IMG/VR virus record: IMGVR_UViG_3300033233_000001
Location: 186,001-250,000 of that record
Reading direction: 5' to 3' (one strand)
Length of the DNA stretch: 64,000 nt
In this document: positions 63,419-64,000 of the stretch, piece by piece
Position numbering within the stretch: the first letter of the stretch is position 1
Layout: every line of letters begins with the position of its first letter
Position numbers and translations under genes: made by a program
Notes under the pieces: model-generated
The model's database searches: none
What the model was told of the DNA's origin: nothing
The model's input: only the letters and a program-made list of their open reading frames with translations

Positions 63419-63744
63419 CGCCGCGTCGTCAGCTTCACCCCGTCGCGCATGACGACCTTCGGCAACGGTCGCTCGACGACCGCCGGCCTCGATCCGGTGC
63501 GTTCAATGCGCACGTCGACGACGTTCCGCCCCTGGAAGACCGTCACCATGACGAACGGGTCACCGGGCACGATGCCGAGCGTCCGGAACGGCGCGAGCGG
63601 AAACGCGTGCAGCTGTCCGTCGAGCCAGCGCACCGACACGCGATCGCCCCGCGCTGACAGCACCATGCCGGTGCGACGCTCCTGCGTCAGCTTCTGCTGC
63701 TGCGGTTGCGGCAGTCGCCGATAGTTACCGATGCCGACCTTCAC
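63415..63744 (-). CDS. Hypothetical protein
   Basis: ORF convergent with doc. Confidence 0.6.
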   Translation of the reverse strand: MKVGIGNYRRLPQPQQQKLTQERRTGMVLSARGDRVSVRWLDGQLHAFPLAPFRTLGIVPGDPFVMVTVFQGRNVVDVRIERTGSRPAVVERPLPKVVMRDGVKLTTRR

Positions 63745-63755
63745 GCGCGCAGAGC

Positions 63756-63995
63756 TTACTCGTCCCCGCCGCCGCCCGCTACAGCCTCACGCAACAGCGC
63801 CATGGAATCCCTGATCAGGCGATGCCCGGCAGGCGTCGCACCCGCAGACCGCGGCTCGACCGCCTTGATGCCGTCGATGATTTCCTGGTCGCTCTTGGCG
63901 CAGATGCCTTCGAGAATCGCGGTCGGGAAGCCGCCTTCCATGACCTTCTCGACGAACTCCTCAGCCGTGTCGGCCTGGTTCACGGAGTCGTGCAC
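63756..63995 (-). CDS. Hypothetical protein (start near the window edge)
   Basis: Native-looking ORF. Confidence 0.5.
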   Translation of the reverse strand: MHDSVNQADTAEEFVEKVMEGGFPTAILEGICAKSDQEIIDGIKAVEPRSAGATPAGHRLIRDSMALLREAVAGGGGDE

Positions 63996-64000
63996 GAGCT

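Noticed and set aside
1-64000. CRISPR array, rRNA, integrase/att site, packaging ATPase, DGR or retron reverse transcriptase
   Set aside because: No regularly spaced repeats, rRNA sequence, recombinase motifs, Walker A FtsK-type ORF or RT motifs were found by eye in this window.

Overview
GC-rich viral DNA, most likely part of a large tailless bacterial virus or provirus. No terminase, portal, tail or HK97 capsid gene is recognisable here, nor an integrase or packaging ATPase. Left end (56-1858): 13 minus-strand tRNA genes, with tRNA-Asn(GTT) split by a 211-nt group I intron and an rrn-type boxA element. About 2-21 kb: small hypothetical genes, three nucleotidyltransferases, toxin-antitoxin genes (BrnT/HTH, HicB with a decayed HicA), a 987-aa GHKL ATPase-HExxH protein, DUF192 and a J-domain protein. 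About 21-62.6 kb: a translationally coupled minus-strand morphogenesis region headed by a transglutaminase-fold Cys hydrolase. It contains a putative jelly-roll major capsid protein interrupted by a LAGLIDADG-carrying group I intron, beta-rich minor capsid/spike candidates and a 740-aa Arg/Ser-rich core-like protein. Two recurrent protein grammars stand out. (1) About 30 proteins, many single-pass membrane proteins, carry MSY-type starts and/or G-[LMIFV]-G motifs. (2) More than 20 unrelated proteins, including TA components and small phage effector-like domains, carry a basic KRTSR tag bounded by an Asn, and some tags are copied as identical DNA. I infer a tag-based virion cargo-loading and proteolytic maturation system; this is untested.
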